From: an uncultured delta proteobacterium
Lineage (GTDB): Bacteria > Desulfobacterota > Binatia > UBA9968
Length of the DNA stretch: 64,000 nt
Direction of reading: 5' to 3'
Assembly: GCA_963745835.1 (NCBI GenBank)
Contig: CAVUZH010000024.1
Location: 192,001-256,000 of the forward strand
Part shown: positions 21,965 through 33,241 of the stretch, piece by piece
Numbering within the stretch: the stretch's first letter is position 1
Layout of the letters: each line of letters starts with the position of its first letter
Made by a program: the position numbers and the translations under genes
The notes under the pieces: generated by a model
What the model was told of the DNA's origin: nothing
The model's input: the letters and a program-made list of their open reading frames with translations, nothing else
Databases searched by the model: none

Positions 21965-23902
21965 ACGATGTCATTTTGGATTTAACGGCCATCGAGAAAC
22001 ATTATCAGAACGGCGATACCGTCGTTCGCGCCCTCGACGGCGTGTCGTTGAAAATCCATAGCGGCGAATTTGTCGCCATCATGGGCCAGTCCGGCTCGGG
22101 CAAATCAACTTTGATGAACATTATCGGTTGTCTCGACCGGCCGACTTCCGGGAGTTATCGGGTGCTCGGTAAAGAGGCGGCCAACCTGTCGCCCGACGAA
22201 CTGGCAGCTTTGCGGCGTGAAACCTTCGGCTTCGTATTTCAACGCTACAATCTGTTGGCGACTGCCACAGCCGGCGAGAATGTGGAGATTCCCTCGGTTT
22301 ACGCCGGATTGCCTAAGCAGAAAAGATCGACTCGCGCCAAGGGATTACTGCAGCGACTTGGACTCGGCGATCGCACCGATCATCGCCCGGCGGAGCTATC
22401 GGGAGGTCAGCAGCAACGGGTTGCCATCGCGCGAGCGTTGGTAAACGACCCACCGGTGATCCTCGCCGATGAACCCACCGGAGCTCTCGATAGCAGGAGC
22501 GGCGATGAAGTTTTGTCGCTCCTCAAAGACTTGCACACCGAAGGCCGGACAATCATTCTCATCACTCATGCTGAAAACGTGGCGCAGCACGCCAGCCGCA
22601 TCGTGCGCATTCAAGATGGTCGAATCCTCGACGACAGCGGAGTTGTCACTAAACCAAGCCCGATGCCGGTCGAGACTGCCGATCTTAATCTCAAGAATGC
22701 CGTCACTCTGGCGGCGAGCATGCAGGAGGCTCTGGTGACCGCCTGGCGCTCGCTGCGGGTTAATCTCTTTCGCACCGTGTTGACCTTGCTCGGCATTATT
22801 ATTGGCGTCGCCGCAGTCGTGGCGATGCTCGCCGTTGGCGAAGGCAGCCGGCAAAAGGTGCTCGACCGCATCAGTTCATTCGGGACCAATCTGATGCTGA
22901 TTCGTCCGGGCGCCGCGGGCATTCGTAACACCGGCGATATCGTCACCCTGATTCCAGAGGACGCAGCCGCCATCAAAACATTGCCGAATATCGAGACCGC
23001 CTTGCCCGAGCGCAGCGGCCGCATGACCGTCCGTTTCGGCAACCGCGATTATCAAACATCGGTCCAAGGAACCGGCGAGGATTTCCCACAAGGCGCGCGA
23101 CTGGAAGGTCGCCGAGGGGCAGTTCTTCAACGCCGACGATATGAAGCAGTATGCGCCGGTGGTCGTGCTCGGCCGCACGGTGGCGAAAACGCTCTTTCCG
23201 GATGGCGGTGAAGCCGTGGGAAATTACGTTCTGCTGAAGAACGTTCCCTTCCTCGTGATCGGCGTCATGACCGAAAAAGGCGCATCTCCCAACGGCAGCG
23301 ATCAGGATGACGTTATCTTCACGCCGATCAGCACCGGTTTGGTGCGATTATTCGGCAAGAGCTATTTGAGCAGCATCACCATTAAAGTCTCTGACGCGGC
23401 CGACATTGCGGCGACGCAAGAGCGGGTTGAAAACCTGTTGCGCGAGCGCCACCGCACCGAAGACTTCAGCGTGCGCAACATGGCGTCGTATCTACAGGCG
23501 GCCATAGAGACTCAGGATACCTTTACGTTGCTCCTCGGAACGGTCGCGGCCATTTCGCTGCTGGTCGGCGGCATCGGAGTTATGAACATAATGCTGGTCA
23601 GTGTGGTCGAGCGCACCCGCGAGATCGGCATCCGTATGGCTACCGGCGCGCGTATGCGCGACATTCTGCTGCAGTTCAACATCGAAGCGGCAGTGGTTTG
23701 CGCCGCCGGCGGTTTATTGGGAATTCTCGTCGGCGTGGCTGCCGGCATGATTCTGCGTTACAGCGGCATGAGCGTGATTTTCTCGATCACGCCCGCACTG
23801 TTAGCCTTCGCCTGCGCTTCGGCGACCGGACTGATATTCGGTTACCTGCCGGCGCGCAAGGCGGCGCGCCTGGACCCCGTGGTGGCTTTAGCTTCGGAGT
23901 GA
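21961..23902 (+). CDS. macB: MacB-like fused ABC ATPase-permease; apparent +1 frameshift near 23089
   Basis: [16 protein letters not shown] and ADEPTG, then LGIIIGV and [21 protein letters not shown] across two ORFs. Confidence 0.9.
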
Positions 23903-23907
23903 GTAAT

Positions 23908-25255
23908 ATGAAAAATCTTAGACTTAAAAGCGCAATCGCTCTTTCATTCGCTCTGTCGGCGTGCAGTTTGGCGCCGCAATACCAACGTCCGCAGATCGCC
24001 ATGCCGGCGGGCTGGACCAACGTTGCCGGCGTCGGCGTCAGTGATCAGCCGGCGACAGTGCCGTTTTGGCAGGAGCTTGGCAGTGACGAGTTGAACAACA
24101 TCATGAAAATGGCGCTGGCGCAGAATCTCGATCTCGAGGCCGCGCTGCATCGCATCGATCAGGCGCGCGCGCAAACCAAAATTGCCGGCTCCTCGCTCTT
24201 TCCTCAGATCGAAGCCAGCGTCGGCGCATCGCGCAGTTTTCAAGACCCGAGAAACGTCAGCACGGCACGCGGAATCGGCAGTATCAGCTATGAAGTCGAT
24301 CTCTGGGGCAGAAATCGCAGCAACAGAACAGCGGCTAATTATCGGGCTGAGGCCACGGCATTCGATCGGGACGCGCTCCAGCTTGTCGTCACTTCGGACA
24401 CCGCCGACTTTTACAGCCAGGTGCTTAGCTTGAACGAGCGCATCCGCATCGCTGAAAGCAATTTGAAAAATGCCGAAGAAGTGCTGCGGATTATCGAAGC
24501 CCGCTATAAGGCCGGCAGCGTCTCCGGCTTGGAGGTCTCACAGCAGCGGGTGGCCGTGAACAGTTTCCGCGCCTCGCTGGCCTCACTCAATGAACAGCGC
24601 AGCACGACACCTTAATGCTTTGGCAATACTCCTCGGCCAGGCGCCGCAAAATCTGCAAGCACCTCAGGATACGCTCGCTTCGCTCAAAGTCCCTGACGTA
24701 AACTTGACCCCGCCGGCAACGCTCCTTACTGCGCGCCCGGATATCGAGAGAGCCGAAGCAACTCTGCGCGCGGCTAATGCCGACATCGGCGCTGCGCGTG
24801 CGGCTTTCTTTCCCTCTTTGAACTTTGGCTTGGATGCCAGCATGGCGGCGGGATTCGGCGGACCTGCGGCCGCGGCAGTATCGCTGGCCAGCAGCGCGCT
24901 TGCGCCGATCTTCACCGGTGGCCGTCTTACGGGGAATCTCGAAGACGTCACCGCGCGGCAAAAAGAATTGGCGGCTCAATATCAGAAAACCGTGCTGGTG
25001 GCATTTCAAGAAGTCGAAGACGCCCTCGCCGCCTACAAGAACGTTAACGAGCAAGCCGTGATCTCACGCGAATCCGTCAAGGAATCACAAGCCGCCTACG
25101 ACATCGCCAAAGCCCGTTTCGATGCCGGCGCCATCGATTATCTGAATCTGCTGGAAACTCAGCGCAGCCTCTACCAAGCGCAGGACAATCAGATCGCGGT
25201 CTATCAGGATCAAATCGCAGCGTTTGTGCAGTTGCGAAAAGCGCTTGGAGCGTAA
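23908..25255 (+). CDS. Outer membrane efflux lipoprotein (OprM/NodT family); apparent +1 frameshift near 24610
   Basis: Lipobox LSAC; YEVDLWG, RPDI..AE, ARAAFFP and AFQEVEDAL motifs. Confidence 0.88.
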
Positions 25256-25663
25256 GTCGCGCGACTTACATAGTTCAACCGTTCAACAGTTCAATGGTTC
25301 AAGGTCAGAGCGCCGCAGGCGAACCGGTTCGAATTGTTTCAACCGTTCCAAGTGTTCCAGCCGTCAAGCCGTTAAGACCGATCGGGCGGATAACCGTACA
25401 TAGGTTTCTTTCTGCCGAGGAATTTCTGCGCTGCCGAAGGACTGTTCCAGTGAACGAAGAGTCGTAGCCTTGGCCGTTCAGCAAGAATCAACTGAATTCT
25501 GAAACCGGTGTTGAACTTCAACGTGAAGTTCGATCTCGTCTATGTCTAAACTTCCTGATTCCGAGTGGTATGTTTACCTAGGCTGGTGATCAACGGATGT
25601 TGCACTTCAAACGACTGAACGTTTTGACGGCTGGAACGAGTGGAACCCTGGAACGTTTGGAAC
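25252..25663. repeat. Inverted short-unit array element A
   Basis: Perfect palindrome GTAAGTCGC|GCGACTTAC (25252-25269); GTTCAA at 25273, 25281, 25289, 25297; further units at 25327-25376; inverted units at 25600-25663; exact 14-nt inverted repeat GTTCCAGCCGTCAA (25354) / TTGACGGCTGGAAC (25624). Confidence 0.85.
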
Positions 25664-25684
25664 CATTCCGAGCAGGAGGTTCGC

Positions 25685-26020
25685 ATGCCCGAGCAAATCA
25701 CCAAATATCCCGACATCACCCTGCAGGTCTTAAGAGAAGCCGGCGCCGTTTGCGGCAAAGGGGCGCCGCAAAAAATTCTCAAACAGTGTCCCGCTGATCG
25801 CTTCTGTTCCCTGCCCACAGGTGAGATGTGCATCTATGGCATCAAGGACATCCCGCGAATGACCCAGATCGCGCCGGCTGAACTGGCCCAAGTGGTTTGT
25901 CCGCTGACACCCAAAGGAGCAAGCTTTGCAGCGGGATTCTCAGGGCTGGAGGCAGCGATGATTGGCGCCATTTTTCTGGGCGGTCTCGCGGTTGGAAAAG
26001 TCTGGCGGAAGCGCGCTTAG
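25685..26020 (+). CDS. Small Cys-rich hypothetical protein with C-terminal TM anchor (111 aa)
   Basis: AGGAGGT SD; five Cys; C-terminal hydrophobic helix followed by KVWRKRA. Confidence 0.75.
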   Translation: MPEQITKYPDITLQVLREAGAVCGKGAPQKILKQCPADRFCSLPTGEMCIYGIKDIPRMTQIAPAELAQVVCPLTPKGASFAAGFSGLEAAMIGAIFLGGLAVGKVWRKRA

Positions 26021-26249
26021 CGCGCTTCCGTTCAAGAGTTCGATAGTTCAACCGTTCAACGCAGGGGCTCGGAGCGGAAGCAGTTCCCAATTACATAAAG
26101 TTTTAAGTGTTCCGTCGCTCAGAATGAAGATGCGGAGTCGTTGAATGATCAACCGACTTCTGTTGATCTGCCTGCTCCGCGTCATCCGTTTTTTCAAGAG
26201 ATCCTGCTATTTTTTCTTCGTTGAATTTTTGAACTGTTGAACCTTGAAC
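26006..26249. repeat. Inverted short-unit array element B
   Basis: Hairpin CGGAAGCGCGC-tta-GCGCGCTTCCG (26006-26030); GTTCRA at 26030, 26038, 26046, 26054; TTGAAY at 26221, 26229, 26237, 26244. Confidence 0.85.
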
Positions 26250-26303
26250 AAAGTTTTAAGTTGACCTATCGTCTGGGGCACTAACGCAGTTCGGGGGTTA
26301 AGC

Positions 26304-27227
26304 ATGTCTGTTGATTCTGCCGCCTCTCAAACAAATCAAACCAAAGGCCCGCTGGTCTGGCTCGACATGGACCAGAAAGAACTCGATGACGCGTACAACC
26401 AATCCGTCTATGCGCCTAATCAGGAGCAAGTCGCCAAGCGGCGCCGATTGGCAAGCGAAGCTGCAATCAAACGGCTTGCGCCGGCCCTACGTCTCTCCTA
26501 TGGTCCGAGTGAAATCGAGAAACTCGACATCTACAGGACCTCGCGCCGTAACGCGCCAATCATGGTCTTTACTCATGGCGGCGCCTGGCGCAACGGATCG
26601 GCAAAAGATTTTGCTTTCCAGGCCGAGGTGTTTATCAACGCCGGAGCCCATTACGTCGTCCTTGACTTTGCCGCGATACACGAAGTCGGCGGCAATCTTA
26701 TGGTGATGGCGGATCAGGTGCGACGCGCGGTCGCATGGGTGTACAAGAACGCGGAAACCTTCGGCGGCGATCGCAACCGTCTTTATGTAGCTGGCCACTC
26801 CTCGGGCGCGCATCTCACCGGCGTGATCCTGGTGACCGATTGGCGCCGGGACTTCGATTTACCAGCGGACATTATCAAAGGGGGATTATGTGTCAGCGGC
26901 ATGTATGATTTAAAACCGGTACGGCTGTCAGCGCGTAGCAAATATGTAAAATTCGACGACCTCACCGAAGAAGCGCTCAGCTCTCAACGACATCTCGAAT
27001 ATTTAAATTGTCCGATCACGGTTGGCTACGGCTCCCAGGAGACACCGGAGTTCCAGCGTCAGGGGCGCGAGTTTGCCGCGGCGGTCAAAGCTGCCGGCAA
27101 GCCTGTGCAGTTGATCGTCGGCGAAGGCTTCAATCATTTCGAAATGCAAGAGACGTTCGGCAATCCCTATGGACTGGCTGGCCGCGCCGCACTGGAACTG
27201 ATGAATTTGCAGACGCGCTCATCATAG
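26304..27227 (+). CDS. Alpha/beta hydrolase, arylformamidase (kynurenine formamidase)-like
   Basis: HGGAW oxyanion motif, GHSSG nucleophile, SGMYDL and NHF motifs. Confidence 0.85.
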   Translation: MSVDSAASQTNQTKGPLVWLDMDQKELDDAYNQSVYAPNQEQVAKRRRLASEAAIKRLAPALRLSYGPSEIEKLDIYRTSRRNAPIMVFTHGGAWRNGSAKDFAFQAEVFINAGAHYVVLDFAAIHEVGGNLMVMADQVRRAVAWVYKNAETFGGDRNRLYVAGHSSGAHLTGVILVTDWRRDFDLPADIIKGGLCVSGMYDLKPVRLSARSKYVKFDDLTEEALSSQRHLEYLNCPITVGYGSQETPEFQRQGREFAAAVKAAGKPVQLIVGEGFNHFEMQETFGNPYGLAGRAALELMNLQTRSS

Positions 27228-27435
27228 ACGATAGTCGCGCTGCAGAGTCTCATTGCGGCTAGCTGCCGAAGTTCAGCATCGACGCTCTTTCCCGCAAACT
27301 TTTAGGTCGTGGTATTCATCAGCCGGTGGATTGAAAATATTTACCCTAGGAGGTGTTCATTAACCCCATCTGATCCGCTATCATAGAAACCCAAGTTCCC
27401 CACAGGCTCAGGTCCAAAGCCAGTAAGATCTGTTG

Positions 27436-30400
27436 ATGCCTAAAAACGATGTCAAGAGCAGGTTACGCGCGATAGCTGCGATCCTCGCGCTCGCCACCAT
27501 CTATTTTTGCGCCGGAATCTTCGGGTTATCCCTGGCTTTTAAAAATCCCAATGCTTCTGCGGTCTGGCCATCCAGCGGTATTGCGCTCGCAGCGATTCTC
27601 GTCTGGGGTTTTAGGCTTTGGCCGGGCATTCTTCTGGGAGCGTTTTTTGTAAACTTCGCCACCCAAGGATCGCTCTGGACGGCGCTCGGCATAGCCGCAG
27701 GCAATACCTCCGAAGCGCTTCTGGCAGCGATGTTGTTAGCTCGCTTTGCCCAGGGCGCCAATGTTTTTAATCGCACTAGAAACATTCTCACTTTCATATT
27801 TCTCGCCGGTATCATCAGCACTGCTGTCGGCGCCACCATGGGGACGATCACTTTGTATCTCGGCGGCTTCATCGCGCGGCCCGAGTTCTCGACTGTTTGG
27901 CTGACATGGTGGCTCGGCGACGCGGTGGGAAATCTGATTATCACTCCTCTGCTGCTCATGTGGCTGACGCAACCGTTATTGCCTGTTCGATCCAGGCATA
28001 TCTTCGAGGCTGCAGGTTTGTTGACGGCGGTGGTTTCGACGTCGGCGCTGCTGTTTCTCAATCCGGTTCCCGCTGGCTTGGAGTATTTTGCTCTCGGACC
28101 GCTACTTTGGGCCGCCTTGCGCTTCGGCCGAAGAGGCGCGATCACGGCGGCGTTCGTGACATCAGGGATTGCGCTCTGGGGCACGGTGCGTGATCTCGGG
28201 CCGTTCGCGGAATCGGAGCCGCACGAATCGATATTTTTGCTACAGCTGTTTATCGCCACGATCACGATGACAGCTCTCGTTGTCGCCGTCGGTGGTCTCG
28301 CAACAGCAGCGTTTGGAGCAACGTCTGAGAATAAAAGACGCGGTGAGCCGCATATTGTCTGAAGTTTCGACGATGACCGAGGCGGCGCCGCAGATCATCA
28401 AGGCTATCTGTGAAACCGCCGCCTGGGATTTCGGCGCATTATGGCTCGTCGAGCGAAGTTCTAACGTACTCACTTGTGTCGACATGTGGTGCCTGCCTTC
28501 TATTGATGTGTCGGGATTTGCGGCGGTTACCCGTGAGATCAAGTTCGCTCCCGGTATAGGTCTTCCGGGACGCGTCTGGGATAGCGCTACGCCGGCTTGG
28601 ATTACCGATGTGCTCAAAGACAATAATTTCCCGCGCGCGCCGGTAGCGATCAGCGTAGGCTTTCATGGAGCTGTCGGTTTTCCGATCAAACTCGATAACG
28701 AGGTTTTTGGCGTGCTGGAGTTTTTCAGCCGCGAAACTAAAGAACGAGATTACGAGTTTCAGGAGATGGTCGCCAATCTCGGCACACAGCTCGGCCAGTT
28801 CGTCGAACGCCAGCGCGCCGAGGCCGCGCTGCGCGAAAGTGAAGCGCGACTTCAGCTGGCGTTGTCTGCCGGACAGATGGGCGCTTGGGAATGGAACATA
28901 AACGCGCGCAAAATCACCTGGTCCTCGAGTTTAGAGGTGATCCACGGCCTGAAGCGAGGCAGCTTCGGCGGAGCCTTCGAGGATTTTAAGAAAACCATTC
29001 ATCCGGAAGATCTCGAATCTGTTCTAAGCCAGATTCAGACGACATTGGAAACCCGCAGCGACTACGAGGTCGCCTACCGCATCGTACACCCGGACGGTCA
29101 GATCCGCTGGGTAGAGGCCCTCGCTAGTCTATCTTACGGCGCCGACGGGCGCCCGGAGAAGTTAGCCGGCGTGTGCATGGATATTACCGAAAGCAGACAT
29201 CAGCAAGAAATGCTGCGGCGGCGGACTCGCTCGCTGGAAATTATCAACCGCGTCGGCAACACGCTGGCGGCCGAGTTGGATGTGAAAAAGATTGCGCAAA
29301 TCGTCATCGATGCCGGCCGCGAAATTTCCGGCGCGCAGTTCGGCGCGTTCCTCCACAATGTAGCGGAGGGAGCCGGCGAGTCGTCTCCGCTCTATTCGGT
29401 ATCCGGCGCGTCCTACGAGGTGGTCGACAAATTGATGCCGCGCAACCAACAACTCTTTGGACCGATGTCTATCGGCGGCGTGCTGCGCGTCGGCGATCTC
29501 TTGAATGACTCGCGCTTTGCAATCACTTTGCCTGATCACGGCATCGCCGAAGGCCCCCTGCCGGTGCGCAGTTACCTGTCAGTTCCGGTAAGCTCCCGTT
29601 CGGGAGACGTTATCGGCCGATTAGTATTCGGTCATCCGCAGCCGAATCTCTTTACCGCCGAAGCGGAAAGCATCGTGACCGCCATTGCTGCACAAGCGTC
29701 GGTCGCTTTCGACAATGCTAATCTTTATCAAACGGTTCAGCGGCGTGTCGAAGAGTTTCAAAAGCTAATCGACAGGGCGCCGATTGGTATCGCAGTGGCT
29801 ACCGACGCCGAATCCAAACACATTTGGGGCAATCCGGAATTCATGCGAATGGTCGGAACCGGCGCCGAGCAGAACCTGTCGAAGACCGGCGCCGAGCAAG
29901 ATCGGCTTTTGTTTAAGATTTTCCGCAACGGCATTGAACTCGCCGCGGAAGAGTTACCGATGCAGCGAGCCGCGCGCGAAGGCATCGATGTATTGGATGA
30001 AGAGCTTGAGATCGAGCGGGAAGACGGCACCGTCATCCACGAGCTTTGTCGCGCGACTCCTCTGCGCGACGAGCGCGGCAATGTCCGCGGTTGCATCGGC
30101 ATCTTTTTGAACATCAGCGATCGCAAGCAGGCTGATGCGGCCCTGCAGCGCGCGAAAGACGATCTGGCGAGAGCCAATGAAGGGCTCGAGAAAAGAATTC
30201 AACTGCGCACTGCCGAACTACAGATGGCCAATGCCGCGCTTTTTGCCGAGCGTGAGGAAGAAAAGAGGCTCGAACAGCAGTTGCGACAAGCGCAGAAGAT
30301 GGAAAGCATGGGAACTCTCGCGAGCGGCATTGCGCACGATTTCAATAACATTCTGAACATCATCAAGGGGTATGCATCACTGCTGCCGCAATCCGGAGAG

Positions 30401-31468
30401 GAGCAGCAAATGGCAGCGGAGGCCTTGCAAGTCATCGATGAGACGGTCGAACGCGGAGCAGCCACGGTTCGGCAGCTGCTCGCGCTGGCCCGCGAGAGCA
30501 ACCTTCGTTTCGAGTCCATCGATCTGAATGAAATGTTGGAAAATTTGAAAACCTTGCTGAGTGGAACTCTGCCGAAGACCATCGACATAGAAGTAGATCT
30601 TGAATCCAATCTGCCGCAAGCTATGGCCGATCCCAATCAGCTGCACCAGGTGTTTTTAAACGTTTGTCTCAATGCTCGAGATGCCATGCCGCAGGGCGGA
30701 AAGCTTCGTCTCGTCACCGACATCGTGGCTGGTGTGGAACTTCGCAAGACCTACACCGAAGCGAAAGAGAAATTCTACGCCTGCGTCTCTGTTGAAGATA
30801 CCGGATCGGGAATAGATGAAACCGTGAAGCATCGCATATTCGAACCTTTTTTTACAACCAAGCCACAAGGCCAAGGCAGTGGCCTGGGTCTGGCTGTCGC
30901 TTACGGCATCATAGCCAACCACCGGGGTTTCATCGAAGTAACCAGCCAGCCCGATCGAGGCGCCGCTTTTCGTATCTATCTGCCACTTGCCGAGAAGTCG
31001 CCGTTGAAGCACGAATCGAAGATCTCGAGCCGTCCTGAAGCGCCAGGAACTATTTCGACCGAAGGCCAGCTCGTCCTATTTGTCGACGATGAGAAGAACC
31101 AGGTCAAACTCATGATCGCATATCTTGAATCGGCCGGTTATCGTGTCTTGACAGCGCTTGATGGTGTCGAGGCAGTCGAGACTTTTAGACGGTATAAAGA
31201 CCAAATCGCAGTCGTGGTTCTGGATCTAGGGCTGCCTAAGTTGAATGGCTGGGACGTTCTGAAGCAAATGAAGATCGCCGATCCGACAATAAAACCCATC
31301 CTGGCTTCCGGTTATGTTTCCGCTGAAGTCGAATCTGCATTGGACAACGGCGATCTAAGCGCGGTGATTTTCAAGCCTTACAAACTCGAGGAAATCAAGA
31401 ACGCCGTCGCCGCAGCTGCCGGGGAACGAAGGCCGCTCGATGTCTTGGGGTATTCGACAAATGGCTAG
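27436..31468 (+). CDS. Hybrid sensor histidine kinase MASE1-GAF-PAS-GAF-PAS-HisKA-HATPase-REC; apparent +1 frameshift near 28288
   Basis: MASE1 (AVWPSSG, WWLGDAVG); GIAHDFNNIL H-box; NARDAM; FEPFFTTK; GSGLGL; REC (VDDE...LDLGLP...FKP). Confidence 0.9.
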
Positions 31469-31579
31469 CTATGAGGAAGTATCCAATCCATGATTCTTGC
31501 AAAAAGGTACAATTGTAACCAGGAGTGAGGCACCAACTCGCTTCAAGATCAGTCTCAACAAACCATAGGAGAGCCGACC

Positions 31580-32017
31580 ATGGCCGCGGAATTCATAGAT
31601 TTGTTAAACCTGCCGGAACTGGACATTGGCCACAGTAAAAAAGTTCTGTTCACTTCGGATCACTTTCATACCTGGGTGCATGGCGACTATCCGGGAACCA
31701 AGGGGCCGATGCACAAACACACGGCCGATCAGCAATTCTATTGCGTCAAGGGCGAATGCACGTTTCACTTTCCCGATACTCCGGCAAGAAAACTCACACC
31801 CGGCATGCTCGTGACCATCCCGGCCGGTCAACTCTATCAACTCGATAACACAGGTGACGAGTACATGATCCTGCTCGGGGCGCGCGCCGAGGCCGCCGCT
31901 AAACCGCGTTTCAGCGACAAGGACGAAGTGGTCACCACCGGGGATTATGCGGTGCAGAATCTCGATAAGATCAAAGCGCCGGAGGAGAAGAAAGCTAGAG
32001 CGCAAGCAAAACTTTAG
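31580..32017 (+). CDS. Cupin domain protein
   Basis: MHKHTADQQFYCVKG...IPAGQLYQLDN; AGGAG SD. Confidence 0.8.
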   Translation: MAAEFIDLLNLPELDIGHSKKVLFTSDHFHTWVHGDYPGTKGPMHKHTADQQFYCVKGECTFHFPDTPARKLTPGMLVTIPAGQLYQLDNTGDEYMILLGARAEAAAKPRFSDKDEVVTTGDYAVQNLDKIKAPEEKKARAQAKL

Positions 32018-32128
32018 CAACTCAGAGGGGGAGCAAGTTGGAGGGCAAGCTCAAGCGCTAGTTAGCCGCTGGTGCCGAGTTCCGTAACATTGAAACTGCG
32101 AGAGCCTCACTGCCCCAGTGAACGACTT

Positions 32129-33223
32129 CTAACGCCCCATCAGCTTCTTTAGCCGTTCGATTACGTCCGCCGGCTGGGACATCACTTCCTTGACCAGAGT
32201 CTCCACCTCTTCGCCGCTGCTCGGGTCGAGATCGAGCTTTTTCTTTTTCGTCTCTTCCACAAATGCCGGATCTTTCGCCGTCTTCAAAAATGCCTCACGC
32301 AATATTTTGACATGTTCCGGCCGCATATTGGGGGGAGCAAGATAAGGACGATGAAATTCGCCGGCAGCCATAAGCGCGGTCGCTAAGCGCCGCCCCGACT
32401 CCGCTGTTTTGTACTTATCCATGAGCTCATAGATGCTCGGTACCCCGGGCAGTCTTTCGTCCGAGTTTTTGGCGCCGTGCATGAGCACTCGGACAAAGTT
32501 ATTTTTACGCCAGGTAAAAAATGGTTCTCGTGAAAAGAAGGCCTCCGAGCTGAGCGAGCGGCACTGGACTTCGCCTTTTTCCACGGCCAGGTCTACTTCG
32601 CTGCCGCCTGGATATCCGGCAATGACATTAAACTTGGCGCCAACCGTCTCTTCCAGGAGCTTGGGCACGAAGTAACCCATGTTGCTCGTACCCGTTGTGC
32701 CGCATTTGGGCGCCTCTTTGGCATTTCGTATATCTTCGATGCTCTTGTACGGAGCGTCCGTGCGCATATAGAGCACCTGCGGTGACTTTGTAGCATTGCC
32801 CAGCCAAGTGAACTTGGAAAAATCGAACTTGACCTCCGCTCGGCCAATCAACTGCTCAAAGTAAAGAGTCGGCAAAGTCGCGCCCATGGTTAAACCGTCC
32901 GGCTTGGCCACGCTATAAAGATAATTGGCAGCGATCATGTGACCGGCGCCGGGCATATTCTGCACGATCATATTGGGGTTGCCCGGAATATGCTTCGACA
33001 TATGCTGCGCAAAAGCGCGCGCGTAAAGATCGTAAAGGTCCCCTGCCACGGTGCCGACGATAACCGTGATGGTTTTTCCCTGATAATAGGGTGTCTGACC
33101 GTGAGAAGCCGTGATAGTTCCCATGCCAAGAAGAAATGCAGCAGCGACGGCTACGATAAGCGAGGCTTTTACTTTCTGAAAAATTGTTTTGGGAATACTT
33201 ATCCGGCTCGATTTCGGTAGCAT
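32129..33223 (-). CDS. Tripartite tricarboxylate transporter substrate-binding protein (Bug/TctC-like)
   Basis: YYQGKTITVIVG, IPGNP..IVQNMPGAG, AKPDGLT and GYPGGSEVDLAVEKGEV motifs. Confidence 0.88.
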   Translation of the reverse strand: MLPKSSRISIPKTIFQKVKASLIVAVAAAFLLGMGTITASHGQTPYYQGKTITVIVGTVAGDLYDLYARAFAQHMSKHIPGNPNMIVQNMPGAGHMIAANYLYSVAKPDGLTMGATLPTLYFEQLIGRAEVKFDFSKFTWLGNATKSPQVLYMRTDAPYKSIEDIRNAKEAPKCGTTGTSNMGYFVPKLLEETVGAKFNVIAGYPGGSEVDLAVEKGEVQCRSLSSEAFFSREPFFTWRKNNFVRVLMHGAKNSDERLPGVPSIYELMDKYKTAESGRRLATALMAAGEFHRPYLAPPNMRPEHVKILREAFLKTAKDPAFVEETKKKKLDLDPSSGEEVETLVKEVMSQPADVIERLKKLMGR

Positions 33224-33241
33224 ATCTGTGTCTCCTTGAAT

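Noticed and set aside
25273-26249. GTTC arrays as a CRISPR array
   Set aside because: Units are 6-nt cores at 8-9 nt period, not 23-47 nt repeats with unique spacers; no cas genes in the window.
25252-26249. Integron attC sites around the small gene
   Set aside because: Cores are GTTC(A/C)A, not GTTRRRY / RYYYAAC in the required order, and no integrase is present.
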